From an uncultured Candidatus Saccharibacteria bacterium (GTDB lineage Bacteria; Patescibacteriota; Minisyncoccia; Phycocordibacterales; UBA918): a stretch of DNA of 64,000 nt. Below, in pieces: positions 37,683-48,105 of the stretch. Both the position numbers and the translations under genes were made by a program. Within the stretch, counting starts at the first letter, position 1; every line of letters starts with the position of its first letter. Under the pieces are notes generated by a model, which made no database searches, was not told the origin of the DNA, and saw nothing but the letters and a program-made list of their open reading frames with translations. Location of the stretch: the NCBI GenBank assembly GCA_964402035.1, contig CAYOAM010000002.1:178964-242963 (forward strand). Reading direction: 5' to 3'.

Positions 37683-39092
37683 CTAGAATCTTATACCCGA
37701 ACGAAGTAAGAATTTTCCAAGCGGTTTCTCGGCACTTACCGGAATGGCCATGAGTAGTGTGCGTGAAATCGTAATTGCTGAAAACATTGAGACAATAACG
37801 CCAAGCGCGAACACCAGTGCAAATCCCTTGATGAGTGCGGTACCAAACCAAAAGAGAATGGCGCTCGCAATAATGTGTGCAATATTTGAATCGCGAATAG
37901 CTAGCCATGCGCGAGTGAAGCCTTCACTGATCGCTTCCTGCGTCTTTTTCCCCGCTGCCAATTCTTCCTTGACTCGCTCTGCAATGAGGATATTGGCATC
38001 AACAGCGAGTCCAACGGAGAGAATAAATCCTGCAAGTCCTGCTGCAGTGAGCACTACCGGCACCAACTTAAAGAGCGCCAACATCACCACAACATAGAGC
38101 GCAAGCGCAACCACCGACACCAGACCCGGCAATCGATACCAGACAATCATAAATATGCACAAAATCAAAAAACCATACACACCTGCCTTGATACCCGCAC
38201 GCAACGCCTCCTCACCGAGCGATGCTCCGATCGTTTGCGTATTTGCAAGCTCGATTGGGATAGGCAATGCACCAAAATTGAGATTTCGCACGAGCACCTT
38301 TGCTTCTTCAGGAGTGAAATTTCCACTAATGACGGCCTTTCCTCCCGTAATTGATTCATTAATGTTTGGAGCAGACATAAGTGCTCCATCAAGGAAAATG
38401 GCGAGTGGATGTCCCACGTTGTCTTTCGTAATTTTTGCAAAAAGTGCCGCACCCTCATCATTAAACTCAATCTGCACAATCGGCTCATTTGATAACTGCC
38501 CTTGGTTTCCTGAGCCAAAGACTAGACTTGCACGCTTGAGGTACCGTCCAGTAAGTCCGGTCGGGATGTATGGATCTGCAACTTCTTCCCCATTCACCCG
38601 CACATTACTGATCTTGGCATCAGAACTTGAAGCGTTCATCTGATCAACGGCATCCTGGGCAGCTTTTGCTTTTTCATTTACCAATTTAAATTCAAGCGTT
38701 GGTGTTTCACCGATCTGACGAATCGCATCTTTAATATCCGTCACACCAGGAAGTTCCACAATGAGGCGCTGCTCTTGTTTACCCGCAACCATACTCGATT
38801 GCTCCACCTGAATGATCGGTTCGGATACACCGAATACATTCACTCGTCGTTCAATCACTTCACGCAGTGATGCCATAGCACTTTCCACCTCTGTTTCAGC
38901 GACTGCCGACACATCAGCCACATACACCAACTGGCTACCTCCAGCGAGATCAAGGCCAAACTTAAAAGGAAAACGAGACCCCTCGTGCACCGTTGATGTA
39001 TAGACAAAATATCCAACGACCGCAGCACATGCAATAACCGCGCATGCGCGGAATACTCGTATCGCCAAAATCGGCATTTCAGAATCCTTCAT
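37683..39092 (-). CDS. secD: Protein-export membrane protein SecD
   Basis: 469 aa with a large periplasmic domain between TM1 and TM2. Conserved C-terminal TM bundle. Confidence 0.85.
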   Translation of the reverse strand: MKDSEMPILAIRVFRACAVIACAAVVGYFVYTSTVHEGSRFPFKFGLDLAGGSQLVYVADVSAVAETEVESAMASLREVIERRVNVFGVSEPIIQVEQSSMVAGKQEQRLIVELPGVTDIKDAIRQIGETPTLEFKLVNEKAKAAQDAVDQMNASSSDAKISNVRVNGEEVADPYIPTGLTGRYLKRASLVFGSGNQGQLSNEPIVQIEFNDEGAALFAKITKDNVGHPLAIFLDGALMSAPNINESITGGKAVISGNFTPEEAKVLVRNLNFGALPIPIELANTQTIGASLGEEALRAGIKAGVYGFLILCIFMIVWYRLPGLVSVVALALYVVVMLALFKLVPVVLTAAGLAGFILSVGLAVDANILIAERVKEELAAGKKTQEAISEGFTRAWLAIRDSNIAHIIASAILFWFGTALIKGFALVFALGVIVSMFSAITISRTLLMAIPVSAEKPLGKFLLRSGIRF

Positions 39093-39190
39093 ACCCCACA
39101 GTTATACCAGGTTCATATCTAGGCGTCTATTGTAACAACAGAGCACCATAGAGTGCGCTAACCGTAAAGTACCTTTTCCTCATCTAAAGC

Positions 39191-40018
39191 CTATCCCTTA
39201 AAATCGTGTTGTAACCGGAGCATATTTGCGAACAGCTCCGCAACAGCGATAGGTCCGATACCCCCAGGGACCGGCGTAAAAATGGAAGCTTTTTCACTGC
39301 AGGCAGGATTTGCATCACCCACAACACGTCCGCCCTCCTCCGACGTACCCGCGTCAAAAATAACCACACCATCCTTAATCATAGTTGGTGTCACCAACCC
39401 TGGAACGCCAGCTCCTAGCACAAGTACATCAGCGGTACCAACCGCTTCGAGTAGGTTTCCATCATGTTTTGTGAGCCGTACAACATGCGCACCTTCATGT
39501 TCGAGCCATCTTGCTGCAGGCGCCCCCACAAGACGTCCCTGACCGACAACGACGACCGCACGTCCAGTGAGTGGTATCGCAAATTCTTCGCTCATCGTAC
39601 GAATCACAGAAACTACCGGGGGGAGCACTGAAAAATCTCCCTGCTCGATAGCGTCTCTTGCTGCCATACCGATGCAGTCGGGATCCAGTACTCGTGGAAT
39701 CAGCGCAAGAAGTTGTTCAAGATTGATGTGCGGCGGTAATGGTAATTGCAATACAATACTTTCGTTCGCTGCAACAGCACTTGCAACCACGTCACGTATC
39801 TGCGCTTCAACGACCACACCATCAAAGATGATTGTTCGCATAACAATACCGGCCCGTGACGCTACTTTCTCTTTTATACGTAAAAATTGTTTTGTCGGCG
39901 CATCAGGATCAGCGGTAATGGCCACCATGCGTGGTGCTTGGGGCAACGTACGCACAAAATCATGCATGAGCACCACAAGCTCATCTGCCCTTTGTTTTCC
40001 AAAAAGTACTAATCCCAT
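39191..40018 (-). CDS. folD: Bifunctional methylenetetrahydrofolate dehydrogenase/cyclohydrolase
   Basis: VVVGQGRLVGAPAARWLEHEGAHV is the NAD(P)-binding GxGxxG region. PGGIGPIAVAELF near the C-terminus. Confidence 0.85.
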   Translation of the reverse strand: MGLVLFGKQRADELVVLMHDFVRTLPQAPRMVAITADPDAPTKQFLRIKEKVASRAGIVMRTIIFDGVVVEAQIRDVVASAVAANESIVLQLPLPPHINLEQLLALIPRVLDPDCIGMAARDAIEQGDFSVLPPVVSVIRTMSEEFAIPLTGRAVVVVGQGRLVGAPAARWLEHEGAHVVRLTKHDGNLLEAVGTADVLVLGAGVPGLVTPTMIKDGVVIFDAGTSEEGGRVVGDANPACSEKASIFTPVPGGIGPIAVAELFANMLRLQHDFKG

Positions 40019-40040
40019 ATAGTGTCAAAGATAAAATAGA

Positions 40041-41114
40041 CTACGTTTTTGAGCGTCGAACTGCCTCAGGCACGTATCGTTCATATCTCCCGTTGGTATA
40101 TCGAAACGCATCACCCGATTTGTATGCATACGTGTATCCACACTGCGCGGTTATTTTTGTCCCTTCCATCACAATCGGGTATGAATAAAATCGCCAACCT
40201 CCCTTTGAGGTCGGTATTTTTCCACGCGTTACGTGCCAAAAGAAAAAGAAAGCCAGACGTACAATCATCGGATGTACGGGTAGTATTTTTTTTCCAACGG
40301 CCGCTGCCATTTCGGGCGCCAAGACAGGCTCTCCCGGCGGTGTGATATTAAAAATCTCGTAGCTCCCTTTGATACGTGCAAAGACAAACATCCGCACAAT
40401 ATCAACAACATCATCTTCGTGAATAAATTGTCGACACCATAGCGGGGTTGCGGGTACCCAAGACACCATTAAAGAGACAAATCGATGTATAAACGATTCC
40501 TTAAGTTGTCCCGAGAGTGCTGATTGTAGTCCAAAACGCACCCGCATAAACCGACCACGTGGACCCGTGATAGCGGCTGGTCGCACAATAAAGACCTGCG
40601 GAATTGCCCCTTTCACCCGTGCTTCTCCCCACATTTTACGCAACCGTTCTTCTACCTCTTTCTTTTCGATAGCATAGAGATACTCTTCATCTCTAAAGCC
40701 TTCATCTTCGGTAAAGCGATGCTCCAGAGTATTGGTGGTATACGCACCGTACGACGATGCAGTAGAAAAATGTATCAGCTTTTTTACCGATGGTTCAGAA
40801 AATGCAAATGCAAACACCGCTTCAGAACCGCTAATATTCCACTTCCATTGTATATCCTTCTGTCCGTACATTTCGCGTATCTGCCACGCTGTGTGAACAA
40901 TAGTATCAGGTGCATATTGCCGGACCATTTCTTGCCATGTCTGATCGGCTAGATTTGCAGTAATCCATATGATGTTTGGTATCGATGTGAGCAAATCGGG
41001 CATTGGCTCCTTATCAATAGCAATAATACGGGAAACGTCAGGGAGCGCAGCAAACTGCTCACACAGCATTGCGCCCACATATCCTGCCCCACCGGTAATA
41101 AGTATCGTTTGCAT
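40041..41114 (-). CDS. NAD-dependent epimerase/dehydratase family protein
   Basis: MQTILITGGAGYVGAMLCEQF Rossmann motif. Extended C-terminal region. Confidence 0.75.
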   Translation of the reverse strand: MQTILITGGAGYVGAMLCEQFAALPDVSRIIAIDKEPMPDLLTSIPNIIWITANLADQTWQEMVRQYAPDTIVHTAWQIREMYGQKDIQWKWNISGSEAVFAFAFSEPSVKKLIHFSTASSYGAYTTNTLEHRFTEDEGFRDEEYLYAIEKKEVEERLRKMWGEARVKGAIPQVFIVRPAAITGPRGRFMRVRFGLQSALSGQLKESFIHRFVSLMVSWVPATPLWCRQFIHEDDVVDIVRMFVFARIKGSYEIFNITPPGEPVLAPEMAAAVGKKILPVHPMIVRLAFFFFWHVTRGKIPTSKGGWRFYSYPIVMEGTKITAQCGYTYAYKSGDAFRYTNGRYERYVPEAVRRSKT

Positions 41115-41131
41115 GTGATCTCTATTCTAAC

Positions 41132-42511
41132 TTATCGTAAGCGAATTTCGATACCAAACCTACCAAGTAACGTTTTGATGGTGCGGAGCGCAATGTTGAT
41201 ATCGAGTAGCAGCGATCGATGTTTGATGTAAAAAAGATCATACGCAAGACGCATACGTGTCTCGAGCACCGACTGCGGACTGATATGGCCCGGTGTGTAC
41301 TGCTGATGTGTTTGTGCCCATCCTGTAATTCCCGGCTTGATCAGGGTACGAATCGTATAAAACGGAATTTCTTCAGCAAGGCGAGATGACAAACCATCAA
41401 TGTCATTTCTCGGACCGATAAGCGACATTTCACCGCACAAAATATTCCATACCTGTGGGAGTTCATCAATACTCGTCTTGCGCAAAAAAGCACCCACACG
41501 AGTGATTTTATTTTTACTTTCCCCTAGCCACACCCCATGCTCATTGGTACTCATTGTACGAAATTTATAAACGAGCATCGTCGCATTGAATATGCCCATG
41601 CGTCTTTGTGTGATAAACAGTGGGCCGCCATCTTCAAACTTGATCGCGAGCCACACAAATGGCAATAGTACCAAAAGTCCAACACCGCAGATGACGGCTC
41701 CAACTATATCAAAAACGCGTTTGGAAATATCATAGAGCGGATGTGCACTTCGTGATGCGTATGCCAAAAACCAATCATACTGCAGTAACGACACCGGCAC
41801 ACGATCAAAAATGCTTTCATACATAGTCTGAAGATCTATAAAACGCATCCCTTGATTTGAAAACGTAAGCGTGAAAAAAAGAGGTACGAGAGCTGCAACG
41901 CGTACATTGTGCACATCTGCAACAATAACCGAGATATCCTCTTCGACAATTGTTTCCCGGAAATGCTGCTCAATGTCTTTGGTATCTGCAAGTACACCAA
42001 TATCTACGCTCCGCACAAACTCAAACCCATACCGTCTATTTTTGTTAACTTCATGAACTAATTCGTCAATCTCCTGTCCTTCACCAACAAGGAGTGCCTT
42101 ATGTCTACGTTGTGGTGTTATGTACTCAACAAGATATAATCGCCACAAGAGCAGCAGAGCCGAAGAGACCACAAGATAGATGAGTAAATTCGTTTTTGGG
42201 GTAATCCCAAAATATGGAATAAAAAAGAAAAATACGGCAGCTATCGCACTATTAGCTATCTGCGCATTGAGAATCATCCCCGGCAAGCGCCGCTTCAAAA
42301 AATCAGTATGCTGATCATAGAGTCCTGCGATAAAAAATACGACGACCCACACACCCGTAAGTAGTGTAAAAGGTACAAAATGGCTATAAAAAAGATCATG
42401 GTCAGGGAACGAGAGATAGCGCACCAAGAGCGTGATCCAGAGCGCGAGGAAAAAGACGAAGATATCGCCTAGAAAGAGTAAGCCCGGCTCACTTCGCCCG
42501 TGGTAGTGCAT
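41132..42511 (-). CDS. Polyprenyl-phosphate glycosyl-1-phosphate transferase (bacterial sugar transferase, WbaP/EpsB-like)
   Basis: N-terminal TM helices. The C-terminal domain VFDIVGAVICGVGLLVLLPFVWLAIKFEDGGPLFITQRRMG...LPQVWNILCGEMSLIGPR is the PF02397 signature. Confidence 0.85.
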   Translation of the reverse strand: MHYHGRSEPGLLFLGDIFVFFLALWITLLVRYLSFPDHDLFYSHFVPFTLLTGVWVVVFFIAGLYDQHTDFLKRRLPGMILNAQIANSAIAAVFFFFIPYFGITPKTNLLIYLVVSSALLLLWRLYLVEYITPQRRHKALLVGEGQEIDELVHEVNKNRRYGFEFVRSVDIGVLADTKDIEQHFRETIVEEDISVIVADVHNVRVAALVPLFFTLTFSNQGMRFIDLQTMYESIFDRVPVSLLQYDWFLAYASRSAHPLYDISKRVFDIVGAVICGVGLLVLLPFVWLAIKFEDGGPLFITQRRMGIFNATMLVYKFRTMSTNEHGVWLGESKNKITRVGAFLRKTSIDELPQVWNILCGEMSLIGPRNDIDGLSSRLAEEIPFYTIRTLIKPGITGWAQTHQQYTPGHISPQSVLETRMRLAYDLFYIKHRSLLLDINIALRTIKTLLGRFGIEIRLR

Positions 42512-42622
42512 AGTATTGCGCCCATACTACAACAAATAGACCAAGAAACAAGTCACGTAAATCAAGTGTCGTCAAATATCTTACACTGTATTTCACGGGT
42601 TATACTGATAGTAAACACCTCT

Positions 42623-42670
42623 ATGAGAAAGAAAATACTATTCGTCATAACAAAGTCGAACTGTCGGGGT
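42623..42670 (+). pseudogene. Duplicated fragment of the 5' end of the downstream GT4 gene
   Basis: atgagaaagaaaatactattcgtcataacaaagtcgaactgtcgggg versus atgaaaaagaaaatactatttgtaattacaaagagcaactggggcgg at 42829. Translations are MRKKILFVITKSNCRG versus MKKKILFVITKSNWGG. Confidence 0.5.
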
Positions 42671-42828
42671 AAAGAAGTGACGGGCTGGACATGCTGGGAG
42701 CATGTCCAGGACCTGGCGAGATTTTTGAATAAAAATCCGCGAGGTATACTGCCTCTGTAAGAGGCACTTCTTTACAAAACAGCGCCCCAGTACCTCCAAC
42801 AACAAACCATGGCTATACAAGCGATCAA

Positions 42829-43971
42829 ATGAAAAAGAAAATACTATTTGTAATTACAAAGAGCAACTGGGGCGGCGCCCAGCGCTATGTATTTGATATG
42901 GCAACTGGCCTCGCTCAAAACTATGACGTTTCTGTTGCACTTGGTGGCGAAGGACGACTGGCAGACATGTTGCGCGGTCAAAATATCTCGGTGATACAAA
43001 TCCCCCACTTACAGCGCGATATTAGTATCAAAGAAGAGTGGCGAGCGGCACGCGAATTATTTAAGATATTCCGCAGTGTACGCCCCGATATCGTCCACCT
43101 CAACAGTTCAAAAGCAGCTGGCATCGGGACACTTGTTGCGCGAATCGCACGCGTCCCCCACATCGTCTTTACAGCCCATGCATGGGCGTGGAATGAAGAC
43201 CGACCACTCCACGCACGCATAGCGATTGGACTCTTGCATTGGCTCACCGTACGCTTTGCACACCGAACGATCACAGTTTCACATGCGGTCTACGATCAGA
43301 TGGCTCGCCTACCATTTACCAAACGACGTATGCGCGTGGTGCATCTAGGCATTGCCCCACTTCCACGCATTTCACGCGCCGAAGCACGCGCACGTATGCT
43401 TGAGATATTACCGACCTTAAAAGCAAAAAAGGACGCGGTTTGGATCACCTCAATTGGTGAACTGCATCCCATTAAAGGTTTTAGGTACGCCATCGATGCC
43501 GTGAGTACACACATGCGCGCGCGCCCCGCTGACACGTGCGCGTACATTATTATCGGTGAAGGTGAAGAGCGGTTGCATCTTGAAAAGCGCATACAGGAGC
43601 AGAAACTTTCCGATAGTGTCTTTTTGGCAGGACAGGTGAGTGACGCTGCAGTACTGCTCGCTGCATTCGATATCATGCTCACTCCCTCGCTCTCCGAAGC
43701 GTTTGGTTATGTGGTTCTCGAGGCAGGTGCTGCAAACATACCCATTATTGCAAGCAACGTAGGTGGCATTCCTGAAATTATAGGCAGCGATGGTGGCATG
43801 CTCGTGCCGCCAAGAGATTCTGCTGCCATTGCTGAAGGACTCAACGAACTCATTACTAAACCTTCGCACGGCAGTTCACTCACGCTTTCACTCCATGAAA
43901 AAGTAATGGCCTATTTTACCAGGTCTCGCATGATTGATGAGACAAAGGAGATCTATGACTCATTCGATTAA
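42829..43971 (+). CDS. Glycosyltransferase family 4
   Basis: EAFGYVVLEAGAANIPIIASNVGGIPEII is the GT4 C-terminal motif (E-x7-E). Confidence 0.85.
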   Translation: MKKKILFVITKSNWGGAQRYVFDMATGLAQNYDVSVALGGEGRLADMLRGQNISVIQIPHLQRDISIKEEWRAARELFKIFRSVRPDIVHLNSSKAAGIGTLVARIARVPHIVFTAHAWAWNEDRPLHARIAIGLLHWLTVRFAHRTITVSHAVYDQMARLPFTKRRMRVVHLGIAPLPRISRAEARARMLEILPTLKAKKDAVWITSIGELHPIKGFRYAIDAVSTHMRARPADTCAYIIIGEGEERLHLEKRIQEQKLSDSVFLAGQVSDAAVLLAAFDIMLTPSLSEAFGYVVLEAGAANIPIIASNVGGIPEIIGSDGGMLVPPRDSAAIAEGLNELITKPSHGSSLTLSLHEKVMAYFTRSRMIDETKEIYDSFD

Positions 43972-45075
43972 TGACCCCTCTTTGGCCACACGCACTTTTC
44001 GCTTAAGCATACCTATACACATTCCGATACCAATGCATTCCGTGAGCAAATGTGACCCACCGTAGCTCAAAAATGGCACGGTGGTGCCGGTAACCGGCAG
44101 AAGACCGATGTTCATCCCGATGTGCACTGAAAAGTGACTGATAACTAAAATAGCAAAGCCCGCGCAAAAGAGGCGTTCGAAATTGGTCTCCCCTTCCATT
44201 GCGCGTAGCAGTAAACGCCAAATAAATATCCCGAATAAAAGAAACACGAAACTCACACCCACAAACCCCCATTCTTCAGCGAAAGCGGCAAAAATAAAAT
44301 CGGTTTCATATTCGGGCAAAAACTGTAGTTTTGATTGTGTGCCATATCCAATACCCTTGCCCCAGACCTCTCCAGACCCAACAGCAATCGTCGATTGATA
44401 GGCGTTGTAGCCTGTTCCTTGTATATCCGCCAACGGATGCATAAACGTGCGTATACGATCTTTTTGATACTCTGCAAAACCAAAAAACCACAACCCACTA
44501 AACGCGACTGCGCCTAATAGAAATACCAACAATACATGTCGTACTGATATACCTGCAACCAGCACCATACCAAACCAAATAAAGAAAAGAATGATCGCTG
44601 AGCCAAAGTCCGGTTGGATGAATACTAAACCGAAGATAATAAATGCATAGAGCCCCGAAACGAGAATATGCCGAATATCAGCGATTTCGACATGTCGCTT
44701 AGAAAAATATTTAGCTGATACCATTATGAGAATCAACTTTACGGGATCAGCAGGCTGCAACGAAAAAAAACCGAGATCAAAACGACTTTGCGCACCCTTC
44801 ACGATACTTCCAAAAAAAAGAACCAGCACGAGTGAGAGGATGCTCACAACATACAAATAAAAGACAGCATTACCGGTACGCAAGAAACGATAGTCCGGAA
44901 TCGACATCACCACAACAGCGGCATATGAAATAACTATCCAAATAATCTGTTTTATAAAATAGTCATTGTCCCCCACGTACGAATACATGGTCACCAAGCC
45001 CAAGAGTGACAATAGCAGTGGAATACCAAAAAGCCAAAAATCAAAACCCGAGAGCAAAAGCCTGAATGCGCGCAT
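43960..45075 (-). CDS. ftsW: FtsW/RodA/SpoVE-family (SEDS) peptidoglycan glycosyltransferase
   Basis: 371 aa with 10 TM helices. Conserved SEDS segments (GSGEVWGKGIGYGTQSKLQFLPEYETDFIFAAFAEEWGFVG). Confidence 0.85.
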   Translation of the reverse strand: MRAFRLLLSGFDFWLFGIPLLLSLLGLVTMYSYVGDNDYFIKQIIWIVISYAAVVVMSIPDYRFLRTGNAVFYLYVVSILSLVLVLFFGSIVKGAQSRFDLGFFSLQPADPVKLILIMVSAKYFSKRHVEIADIRHILVSGLYAFIIFGLVFIQPDFGSAIILFFIWFGMVLVAGISVRHVLLVFLLGAVAFSGLWFFGFAEYQKDRIRTFMHPLADIQGTGYNAYQSTIAVGSGEVWGKGIGYGTQSKLQFLPEYETDFIFAAFAEEWGFVGVSFVFLLFGIFIWRLLLRAMEGETNFERLFCAGFAILVISHFSVHIGMNIGLLPVTGTTVPFLSYGGSHLLTECIGIGMCIGMLKRKVRVAKEGSLIE

Positions 45076-45080
45076 AGTGC

Positions 45081-46511
45081 TTATCTGCCATCGTTGAGAT
45101 CCCCAATAACTTTAGGGACAATGTCAATAACAGCGGGACCATCTTCACAAATCGCGGTACTGATTGATCGATAGATAGCGTCAAGAGACTTCGTATCTGA
45201 TGCAAGATAGCGCAAAGCAGGATCTGTGGCGAGTTCCGTCAAGAACTCCTTGTTAAGGTTGCTGCCAAGCCCGATCGTGAAGACCGTAATACCTGATCGC
45301 TTTGCCGCATCAGCAGCCGTGCGAGCGTACGCTTCACCATCTTCCCCTGGCTCATTTGCTTTTCCATCAGTAAAAAGTACCAGTACCTTCCTGCCGTCTG
45401 CATTGTGTCGGATGGTAGAAAATTCGGTTGTAGCTTGTATGATCGCATCGCCAATATTGGTGCCTCCCCGTTCATCTTTTGGATTGATGCGTAAATTGGT
45501 GATAGCGATACCCATCGCTGTTATATCTTTTGAGAGCGGACGCGCGAGCGCAGCGTTGGTAGCAAACGTGACAACGCCAAGCTGATCACCACTTCGCAAT
45601 CGACCACCAAACGCCGACGCGGCCGTCAAAACTGACGTCACCGGTTGTGGTGGCGTGCCTCCATCATCATTCATGCTTCCTGAGAGATCAATTGCGAGAA
45701 TCACATCTGACGGCACCTCACAACTACGCAATGTTTTCGCAATCGGTTCTGGCCACGAAAACGTCACTTTCTTTTCGACACGCGCTTGGAAAAGCGGTAC
45801 TACCGTGCGCGACGCGGTGAGCGCTGTCCCCTTCGCGTCAAAAATTGTTGCGACAACTTCAACATCTCGCGCGTCTTCAATAGTAGTGTTTTGAATCATT
45901 GCATCCAAGCGTGGCTTACTATCCACGCCTGACAACGCACGATTGGTAATCGTAAACTGATCACGCGCATTTGCAAACGCCTCCCACGCTGGATTTGGCG
46001 TTAGCGTAATAAATGTTTTTATTGGTATTCGATCCCCCGTCTCAATACGCCCTTCGAAAATAGGGTACACACTATCGGGTGGCAAAAAAGTAATACCCCT
46101 TTTTTCAGTGATCACATCCCCTTCCTCGTCGAGGAGCGTAAACGTATACTGCAACGATTTTGTGCCCACAACCTTATTTTGATTTTCAACATACGCTACG
46201 GCATTATAGATTCCTTTTGAAATTTCAAATGATCGACTCCAACGCACCGTTGGTTCAAGTACATCAAAGGGACAAATGAGCACACAGGCACCACCACAAT
46301 CGACGCCACGTTCATCACCGTTGTGTCGTCCATCAAAGCACGTAGGCGATTGATAGAAGAGCATGAAATACAGACCCGTGAGACATACAGCTCCAAACAC
46401 CGATACACCGGTTGCATACTGCACACGTCTCCAAAAAGCCCACGGTCGAAACATATAGAGACATTGTAGCAAAGAAAAAGCCCGTAGGGGGAACCTACAG
46501 GCAAATAACAA
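45081..46511 (-). CDS. Membrane-anchored von Willebrand factor type A domain protein
   Basis: N-terminal TM helix. The VWA MIDAS motif is DLSGSMNDDGG ... VLVLFTDGKANEP. Confidence 0.75.
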   Translation of the reverse strand: MLFACRFPLRAFSLLQCLYMFRPWAFWRRVQYATGVSVFGAVCLTGLYFMLFYQSPTCFDGRHNGDERGVDCGGACVLICPFDVLEPTVRWSRSFEISKGIYNAVAYVENQNKVVGTKSLQYTFTLLDEEGDVITEKRGITFLPPDSVYPIFEGRIETGDRIPIKTFITLTPNPAWEAFANARDQFTITNRALSGVDSKPRLDAMIQNTTIEDARDVEVVATIFDAKGTALTASRTVVPLFQARVEKKVTFSWPEPIAKTLRSCEVPSDVILAIDLSGSMNDDGGTPPQPVTSVLTAASAFGGRLRSGDQLGVVTFATNAALARPLSKDITAMGIAITNLRINPKDERGGTNIGDAIIQATTEFSTIRHNADGRKVLVLFTDGKANEPGEDGEAYARTAADAAKRSGITVFTIGLGSNLNKEFLTELATDPALRYLASDTKSLDAIYRSISTAICEDGPAVIDIVPKVIGDLNDGR

Positions 46512-46802
46512 AAACAGAGAGCGCTGTCGAGAGAACAGCGACAGCCTTGGAAAGACCTAAGAGGTACTTTCCGTCACCGCCAAACAGGAAATCTGCCAGT
46601 AGTTTGCGCATGGAAACCTCACACAACCTTTGAAAACTGTTTTATTTTAGCACCTATGAACGACTCCGTCATCAGCAAATTTTATGGCTCAAAGTATGGT
46701 TAAAATATTGTTGCTCTTCACCAATACAAAAAAGCGGTCCTTAGACCACTTTCTCGATACCATAGCTTTTTTTAAAATGTACCGGAGAAAATTGAATGCT
46801 CT

Positions 46803-47050
46803 AACCTGGCGACTACCTACTCCTCTTACAGAGGCTGTACGCCTTGTCGACATTTTATTTCGGCGTAGCCTCATAAATTGTCTGGCAAGGCCTTGCGAAA
46901 GCACCCCATGCTTTCTCTCCCCTTGCGGAGTACCATCGGCTCAAGTGGGCTGAAGGCGAGCTTGCGCAGCCTTCAGGGCCGGAGTCTTTTTTAGACGAGG
47001 CGGGGTCGCGCACATGTGCCTGTGGCCATGATGCGTGACTAACTTCCGCA
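46803..47050 (-). pseudogene. 5S rRNA-derived partial copy. It lacks the first ~45 nt and is interrupted by two insertions of about 90 bp each.
   Basis: Minus strand: GCGGAAGTT-[ins]-AGCCCACTTGAGCCGATGGTACTCCGCAAGGGGAGAGA-[ins]-GAGGAGTAGGTAGTCGCCAGG. It matches the intact 5S at 47071-47177. Confidence 0.6.
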
Positions 47051-47070
47051 ACAAAAATAAAATCCTGTAA

Positions 47071-47177
47071 TCTGGCGACTACCTACTCTCCCCCTTGCGG
47101 AGTACCATCGGCTCAAGTGGGCTTAACTTCCGTGTTCGGAATGAGAACGGGTGTGACCCCACCGACAAATCACCAGA
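47071..47177 (-). rRNA. rrf: 5S rRNA, intact copy (about 107 nt)
   Basis: TCTGGTGATTTGTCGGTGGGGTCACACCCGTTCTCATTCCGAACACGGAAGTTAAGCCCACTTGAGCCGATGGTACTCCGCAAGGGGGAGAGTAGGTAGTCGCCAGA aligns with bacterial 5S. It is flanked by an 18-bp inverted repeat, ttacaRgattttattttt. Confidence 0.85.
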
Positions 47178-47663
47178 TTACAAGATTTTATTTTTGATGA
47201 TCATCTAATGATCGGCTGAGAACGTGGTACGGTAGCTCCCCGCGCTACCGTACCCCCTCCGACAAATCACCAGATGAGAACATTCAATTTTTGGTACGCT
47301 ACGTGGTTAAAAACCGCTCGCATACAAATTCATATCATATAAGCTTCTACTCCGCAAAACATTTTCAAAAACTAACGCAATGTTCGCATTCCGCGCCACA
47401 TAACAGTCTCTGTTATACAACTCAAAATACTGCGATGTGCAATATTCCTTGCCTTTCAAAGTTTTTCTTTGAAAGCCTTGGCAGTTTAGCATGACACTAA
47501 ACATCACTTATGTAACGCACACAAGCGTACTGCGATGTGCAATATTCCTTACAGGAACACATTCTATTAGTACACCTCGGCTCCACGCATTTCGGCGCTT
47601 CCACCTGGTGCCTATCAACCTGATAATCTCTCAGGGAATTTAATGATTCTTAATCTTAGAGCT

Positions 47664-47696
<33 letters not shown>

Positions 47697-47840
47697 ATTC
47701 CGAACATAGCTACAGGGCGGTGCCGTTGGCACGACAGCCCTCAGACCAGAGGTTCGTTCATTCCGGTCCTCTCGTACTAGGAACAAATCTCCTCAAGAAT
47801 CGACGCCTGCAGTAGATAGGAGACCAACCTGTCTCACGCA

Positions 47841-48105
47841 TCTTGGCTCTCACATTACTGTGAGGATTGGACTATATCTTCTTCCAAACAATTTGGAAGG
47901 TTGACGTTTAGTCTCTACGGGTGCTTATGGGCTTCCCTCGGTATTACCCTTTAACCAAAAAATAAATGGCTAAATTGGGTTCTTCCGATATAGTCAACTT
48001 TACTACAGAACATTGCTGTTCTGTGCCGCCGTACTGATGTCTTTTCGAATATAAGTGGTCACATATATTCTCCCCGGGTTTAGATTGGTTCAGGCAACGA
48101 ATTAC
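47841..48105 (-). mobile_element. 23S intron at the GAACG|GTGAGACAG junction (about 265 bp, no ORF)
   Basis: Exons are colinear with E. coli 23S near 2590-2600. The intron ends in G. Its 3' domain is homologous to the 16S introns. Confidence 0.65.

Noticed and set aside
46684-46953. 89-aa plus-strand ORF and antisense partner
   Set aside because: It lies over the disrupted 5S rRNA fragment and its insertions. The composition is not protein-like.
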